From: Dehalococcoidia bacterium
Lineage (GTDB): Bacteria; Chloroflexota; Dehalococcoidia; Plut-88900
Length of the DNA stretch: 64,000 nucleotides
Reading direction: 5' to 3'
Assembly: GCA_965197585.1 (NCBI GenBank)
Contig: OZ240215.1
Span: 1,888,001 to 1,952,000 of the forward strand
Part shown: positions 1 to 9,586 of the stretch, one piece after another
Position numbering within the stretch: the first letter of the stretch is position 1
How the letters are laid out: each line of letters starts with the position of its first letter
Notes under the pieces: generated by a model
The model's database searches: none
Seen by the model: only the letters and a program-made list of their open reading frames with translations
What the model was told of the DNA's origin: nothing
Program-made: the position numbers and the translations under genes

Positions 1-187
1 GCCGGACCAGGTTGTCTACTCACTTCTGGATCGGTAGCAGACTTTCCTCGGCATGATGCGCCTGCCGAGGCAGGACGGCCCGGCATCTTCACGCCAATGT
101 GCTTTATTCACGCTCGCAAATCGGTAAAGCCCATGTGATAGCATTAGGCCCATCGAGAGCAAAGCTACCTCATCTGGAGGCAACGTT

Positions 188-1234
188 ATGGTCAAGGTGA
201 ATTTTGGCGTCGGCATGGGCCGCAACGAGAGGATCGACGAAATAGCCGACCTCGCGCGCACCGCCGACGAGATGGGCTTCTCCCACATGACCCTTGTAGA
301 CGAGCCTTACTTGTCACGGGAAGTGCACATCATGTCGGCCATCGCCGCCGTGAACACCCGCCGTATCCGCATCGGCCAGGCGGTGGTGGACCCGCATACC
401 TACCACCCCTCGACCATCGCCAACGCTGCCGCCACCCTCAATGAACTGACCGGCGGTCGGGCCTTCCTTGGAATGGGCGCAGGCGGGCCCTTCGGCAAGA
501 TCATGAAACCCATCCCTCATAAGGAGCTTAGAGAAGCGACCATGTTCGTCAAGAAGTTCCTCGCCGGCGAGGAGGCCGAGTACCAGGGACAGAGGATGAT
601 TTCGGAGTGGATACGAGGCCCGGTGCCCCTCTACCTCGCCGCCGACGGCCCACGATCGCTTCAACTCGCGGGCGAAGTCGCCGACGGCGTCTACTTCATG
701 GGCGGGCCTCCGGCCATGGTCAAATGGAAAGTGGATAACATCTACCGCGGCGCCGAAAAAGCCGGCCGAGACCCCTCCAAGATAGACATCTGCGTCCGTT
801 CCTACATCTACGTCACAGATGACAAGGCAAGCGCTATGAGGGAGCTTTCGGGATTCGTGCCCTTCGGCATGCACGTTCTGGAGCGGAACAAGAAGGAACC
901 GGCGATAATCAAGCTCTTCGAAGACTTGGACCGCGAGAGCCCGGGAATAGTCGATGAGATGAAGCGGTACGCTGCTGCTCGCGCCGAATTCACCCGAGCC
1001 GACGGATACGATCCCTGGTTTGAGAAGATGGACGCCCCTTACTCTCAGCACATGACCCAGCGCATGATCGATTGTATTCACCTGGTCGGTTCCGTTGAAG
1101 AAATCTGCGAAGGGATCGAGAAGCTGATCGACGCCGGGGTCACCACTGTTTCCACAGCCACCTACACCATCATCGACAAAAAGTGGATGTTGGAGGAAGT
1201 CGGCAGAAAGATAATGCCCCACTTCCGCAGCTAG
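188..1234 (+). CDS. LLM-class (luciferase-like) oxidoreductase, Mer/F420-dependent-like
   Basis: 348 aa; ADEMGFSHM, TRRIRIG, GRAFLGMGAGG, LAADGPRSLQLAGEVADG motifs; GGAGG SD upstream of ATG. Confidence 0.88.
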   Translation: MVKVNFGVGMGRNERIDEIADLARTADEMGFSHMTLVDEPYLSREVHIMSAIAAVNTRRIRIGQAVVDPHTYHPSTIANAAATLNELTGGRAFLGMGAGGPFGKIMKPIPHKELREATMFVKKFLAGEEAEYQGQRMISEWIRGPVPLYLAADGPRSLQLAGEVADGVYFMGGPPAMVKWKVDNIYRGAEKAGRDPSKIDICVRSYIYVTDDKASAMRELSGFVPFGMHVLERNKKEPAIIKLFEDLDRESPGIVDEMKRYAAARAEFTRADGYDPWFEKMDAPYSQHMTQRMIDCIHLVGSVEEICEGIEKLIDAGVTTVSTATYTIIDKKWMLEEVGRKIMPHFRS

Positions 1235-1252
1235 CAGCAGGAGAATCCAAAA

Positions 1253-2056
1253 ATGATTATGCCGAATACGCTTCGTGAAAAACTGGACGCCGGGCAGCCG
1301 ACCATCGGTACTCACTACCTGTCCCCAGACCCGGATATCCCCGAGATAATTGGCGACACCGGCCTCTTCGACTACGCAGAATACGGTGCCGAATACTCCA
1401 ATTTCGATATGCGGCTCCTCTATCACATGGCTCGGGCTGGCCAGGCAGGAAACCTGCCTCTGATGATCAAACTGGATCAGGAGGGTCAGGGATTCTGGGC
1501 ACAGGCCGCGTGGGGCGCAGGATTCAAGGCTATCCTCTTTACTGACATCAGGACTCCGGAAGACGTTGAGACGGCACATCGCCTGATCAGACCTGACACC
1601 CCCGACACCAGAGGCCTCATGGGCGTCAAAATCCGCCGCCCCGCGCTGTCCGGATTCAAGCCTGAACAGTACATGCAGGACCTCGAATCAGTAGTGATCG
1701 TCATCATGATCGAAAAGAACGTCGCCGTCGAGAACATTGATGCGATATTAGACAAGGCGAGAGAAAAAGGTATCGACATGACACAGTGGGGACCGGCTGA
1801 TTTCGGTTTCTCTCGGCGCCAACCCGGACTCATGTATACCGACGAAATACGACCGTTTGAAGAGTTCGTGATCAAGAAATCCATCGAACATGGCGTACCA
1901 CCGCGCATCGAGATCGCAGAACCCGACCAGGCTAAGAGGTACATAGATCTCGGAATTCGCCACTTCTGCATCGGCTGGGACCGATTCATATACCAGGCCG
2001 GCCTGGACCGGATCGGAGAAGGCATCCGAAAAGTCATGCAAGAGTCGAAACTTTAA
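1253..2056 (+). CDS. HpcH/HpaI aldolase family protein
   Basis: N-terminal NTLREKLDAGQPTIG, MIEK and WGPADF motifs; AGGAG SD; 18 nt after the LLM gene. Confidence 0.8.
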   Translation: MIMPNTLREKLDAGQPTIGTHYLSPDPDIPEIIGDTGLFDYAEYGAEYSNFDMRLLYHMARAGQAGNLPLMIKLDQEGQGFWAQAAWGAGFKAILFTDIRTPEDVETAHRLIRPDTPDTRGLMGVKIRRPALSGFKPEQYMQDLESVVIVIMIEKNVAVENIDAILDKAREKGIDMTQWGPADFGFSRRQPGLMYTDEIRPFEEFVIKKSIEHGVPPRIEIAEPDQAKRYIDLGIRHFCIGWDRFIYQAGLDRIGEGIRKVMQESKL

Positions 2057-2189
2057 TTTCGCTCTACCGCGCAGCAACCTGTCGGTCGAAATGGATGGCT
2101 CCAACCGTACCAGATCGCTGGCGTCGAAGGCCTAACCTAGTCCCCACTCCCAACCCAAGCATGCGCCTATAACTCGGGTAGTCCCAGCC

Positions 2190-2687
2190 CTAGTACAAAG
2201 GTCCCGTCCAAATGTAGTCGTTGACCTTCACCTGCCCGTGGCACGCTTGGCATCCCTTCACCCGACCCTCTTCCTCCACCGTCCCGTCCGTCAAAACCTT
2301 TAACCAGAACCAGTCGTTGTGATCCGGGTTGTACCCTGACTTCTTATACATCACCGTGTTAGCCTGAAACTCGCCTTCGGCAGTGTAATTCTCCTTAACG
2401 ATGATGGCTCCGTCAGGCATACGGCCGTTCTTGCTCAAAAGTCCATCGAGCGCGGCAGCATTGAGGTAAGTGGTCAATAGCATCCCGTGGGGCTCTTTCG
2501 CCGAGTACTTCTCCCCGAGATCCGGCCACAACTCCCAATTCTCCTGGTATTCCACTTCCTCCAGATACTCGTTTACCGAATCGGCAGAGGCATCGGGCAG
2601 TTCCGGCTCAGAAGCGGTGCCACACGCTGCCACAGCTGCCAATCCTGCCAGCAGGAAGATTAAGCCTCCAATGTATTGCTTCGTCAT
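2190..2687 (-). CDS. cytochrome P460 family protein, predicted lipoprotein
   Basis: PDGAIIVKENY, VMYK, DWFW and C-terminal CQACH heme motif; lipobox-like LAAVAAC; ATG 2687 preferred over 2711. Confidence 0.82.
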   Translation of the reverse strand: MTKQYIGGLIFLLAGLAAVAACGTASEPELPDASADSVNEYLEEVEYQENWELWPDLGEKYSAKEPHGMLLTTYLNAAALDGLLSKNGRMPDGAIIVKENYTAEGEFQANTVMYKKSGYNPDHNDWFWLKVLTDGTVEEEGRVKGCQACHGQVKVNDYIWTGPLY

Positions 2688-2896
2688 AAATGGGCCTTTG
2701 ATCAGGATCAAGGAAAACAGCTACCCTTTCCGATCGAAGTTTAGCATCCCTCTCCTGACACTTCTCAGTTTCTATAGGGATTGACGCGTGATAAGCTTAA
2801 GTTGTACCGCATAAGAAGGACTCTCGGGAAAACAGATCTGCTGGTGCATGCGCTGCTCAGCTCCCCCATGGCGGTCGATGCAAACCTAACCCTGAT

Positions 2897-3367
2897 ATGT
2901 CTAACAAACGCACACGAATAAGTGGGCTCACAGCATGCGGCATCGTAGTGGCACTCATATTGATCGCCGTCATTGGCTGTGGCAACGGGACAGAGCCCCC
3001 CGACTACACCCCCACCCCCCTCGCCACCCCACTCCCCGCCGCCCCGGGACCCAACCTCTCCAATACAGCCCTCGCTGGCAAGCAGGTATTCAATGCCAAC
3101 TGCTCCAGCTGCCATGGCGCTGATGTCATGGGCTCAGCAACCGGCCCGCCCCTCATCGACAGGATTTACGAACCAGGCCACCACACCGACTTCAGCATTC
3201 GAAGTGCTGTCCGCAATGGCGTGCCGCAGCACCATTGGTGGTTCGGGGATATGCCTCCCGTCGCCAGCGTAACAGACCAGCAAGTTGAACAGCTCATCTG
3301 CTACATCCGAGAACTCCAGCTCGCCAACGGCATCTTCGAAGAGGGCACATATTCATTTACGTGTTGA
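2897..3367 (+). CDS. mono-heme class I cytochrome c, predicted lipoprotein
   Basis: CSSCHG heme motif, GPPL, distal Met in GDMPP; signal peptide ending VIGC then a Pro/Thr linker. Confidence 0.85.
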   Translation: MSNKRTRISGLTACGIVVALILIAVIGCGNGTEPPDYTPTPLATPLPAAPGPNLSNTALAGKQVFNANCSSCHGADVMGSATGPPLIDRIYEPGHHTDFSIRSAVRNGVPQHHWWFGDMPPVASVTDQQVEQLICYIRELQLANGIFEEGTYSFTC

Positions 3368-3552
3368 CCACTCCATCCCCGGATGATGCAGTGCCCGCCC
3401 TTAAGATTCTCGTGAGCGCCCTTTTGTCTTAGCCCTACTACTGAGATGCCCCTGCCCCTGTCTTGAAGCATCTCGACATCCGCTTCCCTAGCCCTTAATC
3501 TTCGTATCCTGCTCCAAGACCAACTGCTTAACGCATACAGGGAGATTTACAC

Positions 3553-3924
3553 ATGCAACTCGGCGCCTTTTCGATCAGCCTCGCAGTAAAGAACATCGAG
3601 GCGTCAAAAGCATTCTACGAAAAGTTCGGGTTCGAGGTAGTAGGGGGAGACCAATCCCAGAACTGGCTGATTCTCAGGAATGCCGGTCACACAATAGGCC
3701 TCTTTCAGGGAATGTTCGAAAGCAACATCCTCACCTTTAACCCAGGCTGGGACGCCGAGGCCCACTCCTTGGACTCCTTCACCGACATCCGTGAACTCCA
3801 ACGCCAACTGAAGGAAAAAGGTGTCCAGCTAGTCAGCGAAGCCGATGAAGAGACTACGGGCCCGGCCAGCTTTGTGGCCGTCGACCCCGACGGAAATACC
3901 ATCCTCGTCGACCAACACGTCTGA
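3553..3924 (+). CDS. VOC family (glyoxalase/bleomycin resistance) protein
   Basis: SLAVKNIEASKAFYEKFGF and DPDGNTILVDQH motifs; GGGAG SD. Confidence 0.88.
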   Translation: MQLGAFSISLAVKNIEASKAFYEKFGFEVVGGDQSQNWLILRNAGHTIGLFQGMFESNILTFNPGWDAEAHSLDSFTDIRELQRQLKEKGVQLVSEADEETTGPASFVAVDPDGNTILVDQHV

Positions 3925-3936
3925 TACCGCCTTCCC

Positions 3937-5493
3937 CTACCCCACCACCCCTTCCTTCCAGTCCTTCAGAATCTCGTGAGCGGCATTGTGACCCGGGGCC
4001 CCGGTAACCGTGCCCCCCGGATGCGTCCCCGCTCCACACAAATACAGGCTCTCAATCGGGGTCCTGTAGTCCGCCCACCCCGAAAATGGCCGATGCTGAA
4101 ACACCTGTCCCGGCACGCACTCGCCGTGGAACATGTGCCCCTGGCTCATGTAGATCCGGTCCTCCAACTCCTTCGGCGACACAAAGAAGTAGTCGTCGAT
4201 AATATCCTTCAGGTTTGGGATGTACTCAGTCATCAGCTCCACACAATGCTTAACGTACCCGTCGCCGATGCTGTCCCAATCGCCGTCCTTCAGGTGATAG
4301 GGCGCCCATTGCCCGTAAACCGTCATGTACTGCTTGCCCGGCGGCGCCATTGACGGGTCCATCGCCGAGTGAATAATCCCGGTCAGATACGGCTCCCTCG
4401 CAGGTTGACCGAACTTGGCCTCGTCCCAGGCCCGCTCTAGGTATTCGACAGTAGGTGCTATCCAAAACAGCCCTTGGTGCTGAGGTCCTGCCCCCCGACC
4501 CGGAAACGCCTTGAACTCCGGCAGCCCGCTCATTGCAAAATGGATGTTGAAAGTCATCCCCTCCGCCGCGATCCCTTCTACCTGGCTTAGGAAATCAGAG
4601 TCCAGGTATTCCGGCTCGACCAACTTCTGAAACGTCCTCTTGGGGTCAGCGTTGGATATCACAACCCTAGCCTCTATCTTCCGTCCATCCTTAAGCTCCA
4701 CCCCCACCGCCCGACCCCTCTTCACACTGATCGAGGCCACCTCTGCATCCATATAAACCTCCGCCCCGAGACTCCGCGCCGCCCCTGCGATGGCCTGCGT
4801 TATCGTTCCCATCCCGCCCGGCACCCGACCCCACGCTGTCCCCGGCTCAGGCCAATAGTGCAGCATCATGTACGCAGACCCCGCCGACATCGGACCCATC
4901 CCTATCCCAGTCATCCCCCTGGGTGCTATCGACGCCTTCACTTCCTCCGACTCGAACCGCGAGTCCAAGAAGTTCTTCATCGAGCCGAACATGATCTCCC
5001 GGAACGCTCTCGACTCCCCTGCCTCCGCAAACCGTGCTTCTACCTCCCCCACCGACAACGGAGGTCGCAGCTCCAACGACGGCTTCATGATCGAAGCAAG
5101 CCTGTCCATCTGCTGCTCTAACTTCAGATAAGCCTGCGCATCCTTCTCAGAGAATTTGGCCACCTCGGCCATGCTCTTCGCCGGGTCCCGCCAGAACTGG
5201 ATGTACCGACCGTCCGGAAAGAGGTGTAGCCGGTGTGGATCGAACGGCACAAGCTCAAACCCGAACTTCTCCAACTCCAGGTCCCGGATGATCTTCGTCT
5301 TCAGCAGCCCACCAATCTGCGCGGCCGTACAGACCTTGTACCCGGGAAATATCTCTTCCGTTACACACGCGCCACCCACCATCGGCCGCCGTTCCAGCAC
5401 GGCAACTTTAAGACCGGCCTTGGCCAAATAGGCCGCGCACACCAGCCCATTGTGCCCTCCCCCGACTACCACCGCATCGTACCGATCAGCCAT
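3937..5493 (-). CDS. phytoene desaturase-like FAD-dependent oxidoreductase (PYROXD2-like)
   Basis: VGGGHNGLVCAAYLAKAG dinucleotide motif, GGACVTEE, C-terminal LYLCGAGTHPGGTVTGAPGHNAA. Confidence 0.88.
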   Translation of the reverse strand: MADRYDAVVVGGGHNGLVCAAYLAKAGLKVAVLERRPMVGGACVTEEIFPGYKVCTAAQIGGLLKTKIIRDLELEKFGFELVPFDPHRLHLFPDGRYIQFWRDPAKSMAEVAKFSEKDAQAYLKLEQQMDRLASIMKPSLELRPPLSVGEVEARFAEAGESRAFREIMFGSMKNFLDSRFESEEVKASIAPRGMTGIGMGPMSAGSAYMMLHYWPEPGTAWGRVPGGMGTITQAIAGAARSLGAEVYMDAEVASISVKRGRAVGVELKDGRKIEARVVISNADPKRTFQKLVEPEYLDSDFLSQVEGIAAEGMTFNIHFAMSGLPEFKAFPGRGAGPQHQGLFWIAPTVEYLERAWDEAKFGQPAREPYLTGIIHSAMDPSMAPPGKQYMTVYGQWAPYHLKDGDWDSIGDGYVKHCVELMTEYIPNLKDIIDDYFFVSPKELEDRIYMSQGHMFHGECVPGQVFQHRPFSGWADYRTPIESLYLCGAGTHPGGTVTGAPGHNAAHEILKDWKEGVVG

Positions 5494-5499
5494 GCGCCC

Positions 5500-6525
5500 T
5501 TACCCGTGCCCCACTACTTCCTTTGTAACCGGCTTGCAGATTCCCTGCCCCCAAAGAGGCAGGACCATCGAGTGTCCCCCCGCCGGGCCCCCAGCCACGA
5601 AGGTCATAAAGTCTTCCGCCGTGTTCAGGGCAACATCCCCCGCACCCGCCGGCCGCGGGAACACCGCACCCGCCAATGCCCCACTCAGTCCCTTGTCGGG
5701 GGCCAATGCAGGCCGCAGCTCGTTCGCTTTGGTCGCAATGTATTCCTTGACTTCCTGTTTCGACCAGCCGGCCCCGGCTATGATCCCCGCGTGCTCGGGA
5801 CTTATCACTACTATCGCACCGCCATGACAACGCTCGGTCGATGCAATAGTGTGCGCAATCACGTCCAGGATGCTCTCCGGATCATGGTCCCTCTGGTTGA
5901 ACGCCTCCATCGGGTGCCCGACCGGCAGCAGAGTCACCGTGCTCGACTCCAATGAGAAATCATTCTCCACGTGGTAGGGGCTCCAGGGGCTGGCTTCTTC
6001 GTTCTCCCCGAAACACATTGTGTACCGACCCGAATGCCCAAACGTCGACTTATCCGTCACGCCCGGAATCTCCCGGCACACGTTCATCAGAACCAGCCTC
6101 AGAGCTCGCCCGATAGTCGCATTCGCACGCCGTCCGGGTCCCAGCAGGTTCCAACCGCAATTCACGTCTATGTCCGCCCTGACCGGACCGTTTATCACAA
6201 CCATCGCTGCCGAAGCCCCAGTAGTCTCCGCCACCGCCGAGGCATTAAAGCTGGGTTCAAACAACCCCCGTATAGCAGCGACTACCACAGGGGCATACTC
6301 AGGCAGGCACCCGGCCATCACGGCATTGATTGCGACCTTGTCAGCAGTGACCCGCCAGTTCCTGCTGGCCCGAGTACCAAGCACCTCCCCTGCCCCCACA
6401 CCCGATACCTCCAGAAACCGCTCTACAGACTTTGACGTTGGCGGTACAACGGGTAGCCCGTCAGTCAGCCCCTCTCGATAGAAATGCTCTATAACCTCTA
6501 CCGCATCCGATACTGGGTCCGCCAT
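5500..6525 (-). CDS. conserved protein of unknown function (TDGLPVVPPT family)
   Basis: 341 aa; TDGLPVVPPT, AINAVMAGC, RANATIGRALRL, GENEEASPW motifs; 6 nt from the downstream oxidoreductase. Confidence 0.75.
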   Translation of the reverse strand: MADPVSDAVEVIEHFYREGLTDGLPVVPPTSKSVERFLEVSGVGAGEVLGTRASRNWRVTADKVAINAVMAGCLPEYAPVVVAAIRGLFEPSFNASAVAETTGASAAMVVINGPVRADIDVNCGWNLLGPGRRANATIGRALRLVLMNVCREIPGVTDKSTFGHSGRYTMCFGENEEASPWSPYHVENDFSLESSTVTLLPVGHPMEAFNQRDHDPESILDVIAHTIASTERCHGGAIVVISPEHAGIIAGAGWSKQEVKEYIATKANELRPALAPDKGLSGALAGAVFPRPAGAGDVALNTAEDFMTFVAGGPAGGHSMVLPLWGQGICKPVTKEVVGHG

Positions 6526-6614
6526 TGCAACCTCTCTTCCCTCTCATTCCAAGTTCTAAACTTTCTCTGACCCTCGCGACCGCCCGTGCGAAAACCCAAC
6601 CCCCCTGAGTCCGT

Positions 6615-6685
6615 GTCCTTCCGAGGCTCCCCGCAGTAAGTGGAACATCCGCCTCTGGAGGATCCGCCCGTGGCGGAAGGAATCT
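6615..6685. repeat. GTCATTCCGAGG..AGGAATC-type interspersed repeat carrying a 44-nt double-hairpin insert
   Basis: Aligns with the empty copy at 61769-61795; insert 6634-6677 resembles the insert at 36985-37027. Confidence 0.7.
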
Positions 6686-6964
6686 AGGACCTACTCACTC
6701 ACACTATACTCACCACACTCCCCATCCCAGACCGATTGATGTTACCCACCCCCCACAACCCGGTCAACCGAACCCCAATTCGAGCAAGCCCTATCGTATG
6801 CAACCTCCAATATGTTAGTATCCAACATCCCTTCTTAGACTCACCCCCTCGTTAAAATAGGGGCACAAAAGTACCGGTTAGTCCCCAATCCCCAAGGTAG
6901 CCACCCAAAGGGTCACCTGAAATAGGTGGACTGCAGTGATAAGGGATCGTCAGGGAGGAATTCA

Positions 6965-8209
6965 ATGAAATTCGGCATATTCACCAATCCGGCCATGCCC
7001 GGCGTAATCCCGGACGGCAAGAAGCTCGCCCCCATCGGACGGAACAACGAGCGTTATCAGGGTCTCCTGGATGAGCTGAAACGCATATGTTTCGCCGCCG
7101 AGGAACTGGGCTTCGACTCCTTCTCCACCACCGAGCACCATTTCCACTCCGAAGGCATTGAGATGTCCGTCGCCCCCCTCCTTCTCTACACCGACCTCGC
7201 TGCCAGAACAAAACGAATAAAGTTCGCTCCCCTCGCCCTAGTCCTTACCACCTGGGACCCTATACGCGCCGCCGAGGAGTTGGCCATTCTTGACCACCTT
7301 ACCAAGGGCCGCATGATGGCCGGATTCGCCCGCGGTTACCAGGACCGTTGGGTCGGCGTTCTGGGCCAGAAATACCGAGTCAAGGGCACCCAGTCAGACA
7401 AGTCCGCCACCAACGAGCGAAACAAAAGACTCTTCGAGGAGAATTGGCAGGTCGTGAAGGCCGCCTGGACCCAGGAAGTCCTCAGCTTCAAGGGCGAGTT
7501 CTACGAAGTCCCGTTCCCCTACGAAGAAGGAATCCAAGGCTGGGCCCTCGACCAGATCACCCGAGAGCGCGGCGCCCCCGGCGAGATCGATGACGAGGGT
7601 GTCATCCGTGGCATCTCCGTAGTCCCGAAACCATACCAATTGCCCTACCCACCCGTTTTTATGGCCTTCTCCCTCAGCGAGTCCAGCATCCGGTTCGCCG
7701 CAAGAGAGGGCATGATCTCCCAGATACAGGTCTCCCGCCCCGCCGACTTCAAACGGCTGTGCCATGTCTATCAGGAAGTGGCCGCCGAGAACGGCAGAGA
7801 TTTGGGGCTCGGGGAGAATGTAGCCGCTCCCCGATACATCTACTTGGGCAAAACCTATGAGGAAGCCCTCGCCCGTGCCGAGAGAACTCTGGGCTGGCAG
7901 TACGACGAATACTTCGGCGCATTCGGGTTCATGGAGGCATTTCGCAACGAAGAGGACCCCGAAGAGCCAAAACCCCTGCGCTTCAAGAATGCCGCCGAGG
8001 TCACCCAACGACTAATCGAGCACCAGTACGCCCTCGTCGGCACCGTTGATGACGTCAAGCGCCAGATGGACTCATTGTCCCGTTGCTATGATGGCGGAAA
8101 CTTGGAATGGTTCTCCTACCAGCTTGACCAGGGCTACATGCCCATAGATGAGGCCATGGACCAGCTGGAGACCTTCGGCACAAAAATCATGCCCGAGTTC
8201 CAAGGCTAA
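6965..8209 (+). CDS. LLM-class flavin-dependent monooxygenase (luciferase alpha-like)
   Basis: TEHHFHSEG, WDPIRAAEELAILDHLTKGR, PKPYQLPYPP; GGGAGG SD before ATG 6965. Confidence 0.9.
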   Translation: MKFGIFTNPAMPGVIPDGKKLAPIGRNNERYQGLLDELKRICFAAEELGFDSFSTTEHHFHSEGIEMSVAPLLLYTDLAARTKRIKFAPLALVLTTWDPIRAAEELAILDHLTKGRMMAGFARGYQDRWVGVLGQKYRVKGTQSDKSATNERNKRLFEENWQVVKAAWTQEVLSFKGEFYEVPFPYEEGIQGWALDQITRERGAPGEIDDEGVIRGISVVPKPYQLPYPPVFMAFSLSESSIRFAAREGMISQIQVSRPADFKRLCHVYQEVAAENGRDLGLGENVAAPRYIYLGKTYEEALARAERTLGWQYDEYFGAFGFMEAFRNEEDPEEPKPLRFKNAAEVTQRLIEHQYALVGTVDDVKRQMDSLSRCYDGGNLEWFSYQLDQGYMPIDEAMDQLETFGTKIMPEFQG

Positions 8210-8290
8210 TCGTCCGTCCGTAACAACTCGGCCGGATTCAAATAGTGCAGATTGGTGCTCTTGTAACCGAAAGGTGGAGGCTCCGATAGC

Positions 8291-9424
8291 ATGACTAAGG
8301 TTGTAGACGCAGACGGCCATATTTTGGAACCGTCCGACCTCTGGGAGAAAAACCTGGAGCCCGAGTACCGCGACCGCCCGATTCGTATCAGGATGGACTC
8401 GGACGGGCTGGAGTATATGGAGCTTGATGGAAAAAAGTCCGTCTGCGTTAGCGGCGGAGGCTTCAACAGCTTCGGTAGCCTGGACGTCGACATTAAGTCT
8501 CTCCGTGAAACCTCCGAAGGAGCCGGTGGCCCGACCTACGAGGAAAGCGTCCCCGAGGGTGCCCGCAACTTTAATGTCCGTCTTGCTTGGATGGACCACC
8601 ATGGCATCGACATTGCGATCGTGTACCCGTCCCTCCTGCTGGGCTGGCAGGACGAGGTCGAAGACCCTGGCCTGGCCTCAGCCTACTGCCGGGTCTACAA
8701 CACCTGGCTCACCGATCTCTGCCGTCCCTACTCTGACCGCATGGTCCCCATCGCTCACGTTGCCCTTCACAACATTGAGGACGCCGTGATCGAGGTGAAT
8801 CGAGCGGCAAAGCTCGGTGCCCGGGGCGTCTACCTGTTCGCCACCCCCGTCTACGATATCCCTTACGGCGACCGCCGCTACGATCCGTTCTGGGAAGCCT
8901 GCCAGGACCTCAACCTGCCCCTGGGTATCCACGTCAGCAACACCCCCAAGCACGCCGGGAATCACCTCTACCAAGGCGGCTTCCACTCCAACTACTGGTG
9001 GTTCAACGTCATGTATAACCAGGACTGCCAGATGGCCTTCACCTCTTTCTTCCAGGGCGGCGTCTTCGAACGGTTCCCCAGATTAAGTGTCGGTGTGGTC
9101 GAGACCGGTTGCGGGTGGATAGCCCATTGGCTCGAACTCCTGGACTCAAAATACAAGATCACCGGCCACCCCGAGCTCAATATGCTCCCCAGCGAGTATT
9201 TCGACCGGCAGGGCTGGATTACCGGAGAGGCCGACGAAAAGACATTCCCCCACATGGCCCAGCTCGTCGGTGCACACAAGCTCATGTTCGGCTCCGACTA
9301 TCCCCACGAAGAAGGCCACGAGGAGCCCGTTGCCGAGCTAAAGGAGACCATCGGGCCCCTTTCGCAGGAAGATCAGGACATGATCCTGGGTGGAAACGCC
9401 TTGAGAATCTACAACCTCGGCTAG
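8291..9424 (+). CDS. amidohydrolase family 2 protein
   Basis: DADGHILEP, GVFERFP, ETGCGW, FGSDYPH motifs. Confidence 0.9.
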   Translation: MTKVVDADGHILEPSDLWEKNLEPEYRDRPIRIRMDSDGLEYMELDGKKSVCVSGGGFNSFGSLDVDIKSLRETSEGAGGPTYEESVPEGARNFNVRLAWMDHHGIDIAIVYPSLLLGWQDEVEDPGLASAYCRVYNTWLTDLCRPYSDRMVPIAHVALHNIEDAVIEVNRAAKLGARGVYLFATPVYDIPYGDRRYDPFWEACQDLNLPLGIHVSNTPKHAGNHLYQGGFHSNYWWFNVMYNQDCQMAFTSFFQGGVFERFPRLSVGVVETGCGWIAHWLELLDSKYKITGHPELNMLPSEYFDRQGWITGEADEKTFPHMAQLVGAHKLMFGSDYPHEEGHEEPVAELKETIGPLSQEDQDMILGGNALRIYNLG

Positions 9425-9586
9425 GCCACACACAATCAGCTATAGGCCTACGTTTTTCAGCCTGTATTGTCAGGTTTTTAGGTTAGCTTTATCGACGATA
9501 CCCAAGTAATATCCACTTAGTCTTAAGGGAGCCTGGGACAATTGTCAGGACACTCGTACAATTCTTTCTGACCCGAGAGGAACTAG

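Noticed and set aside
314-1579. 421-aa antisense ORF and similar long shadow ORFs elsewhere
   Set aside because: They lie opposite well-supported genes; expected from high-GC codon bias.
3937-5493. Carotenoid biosynthesis (crtI)
   Set aside because: No crtB/crtE neighbours; motifs fit the broader PYROXD2-like oxidoreductases.
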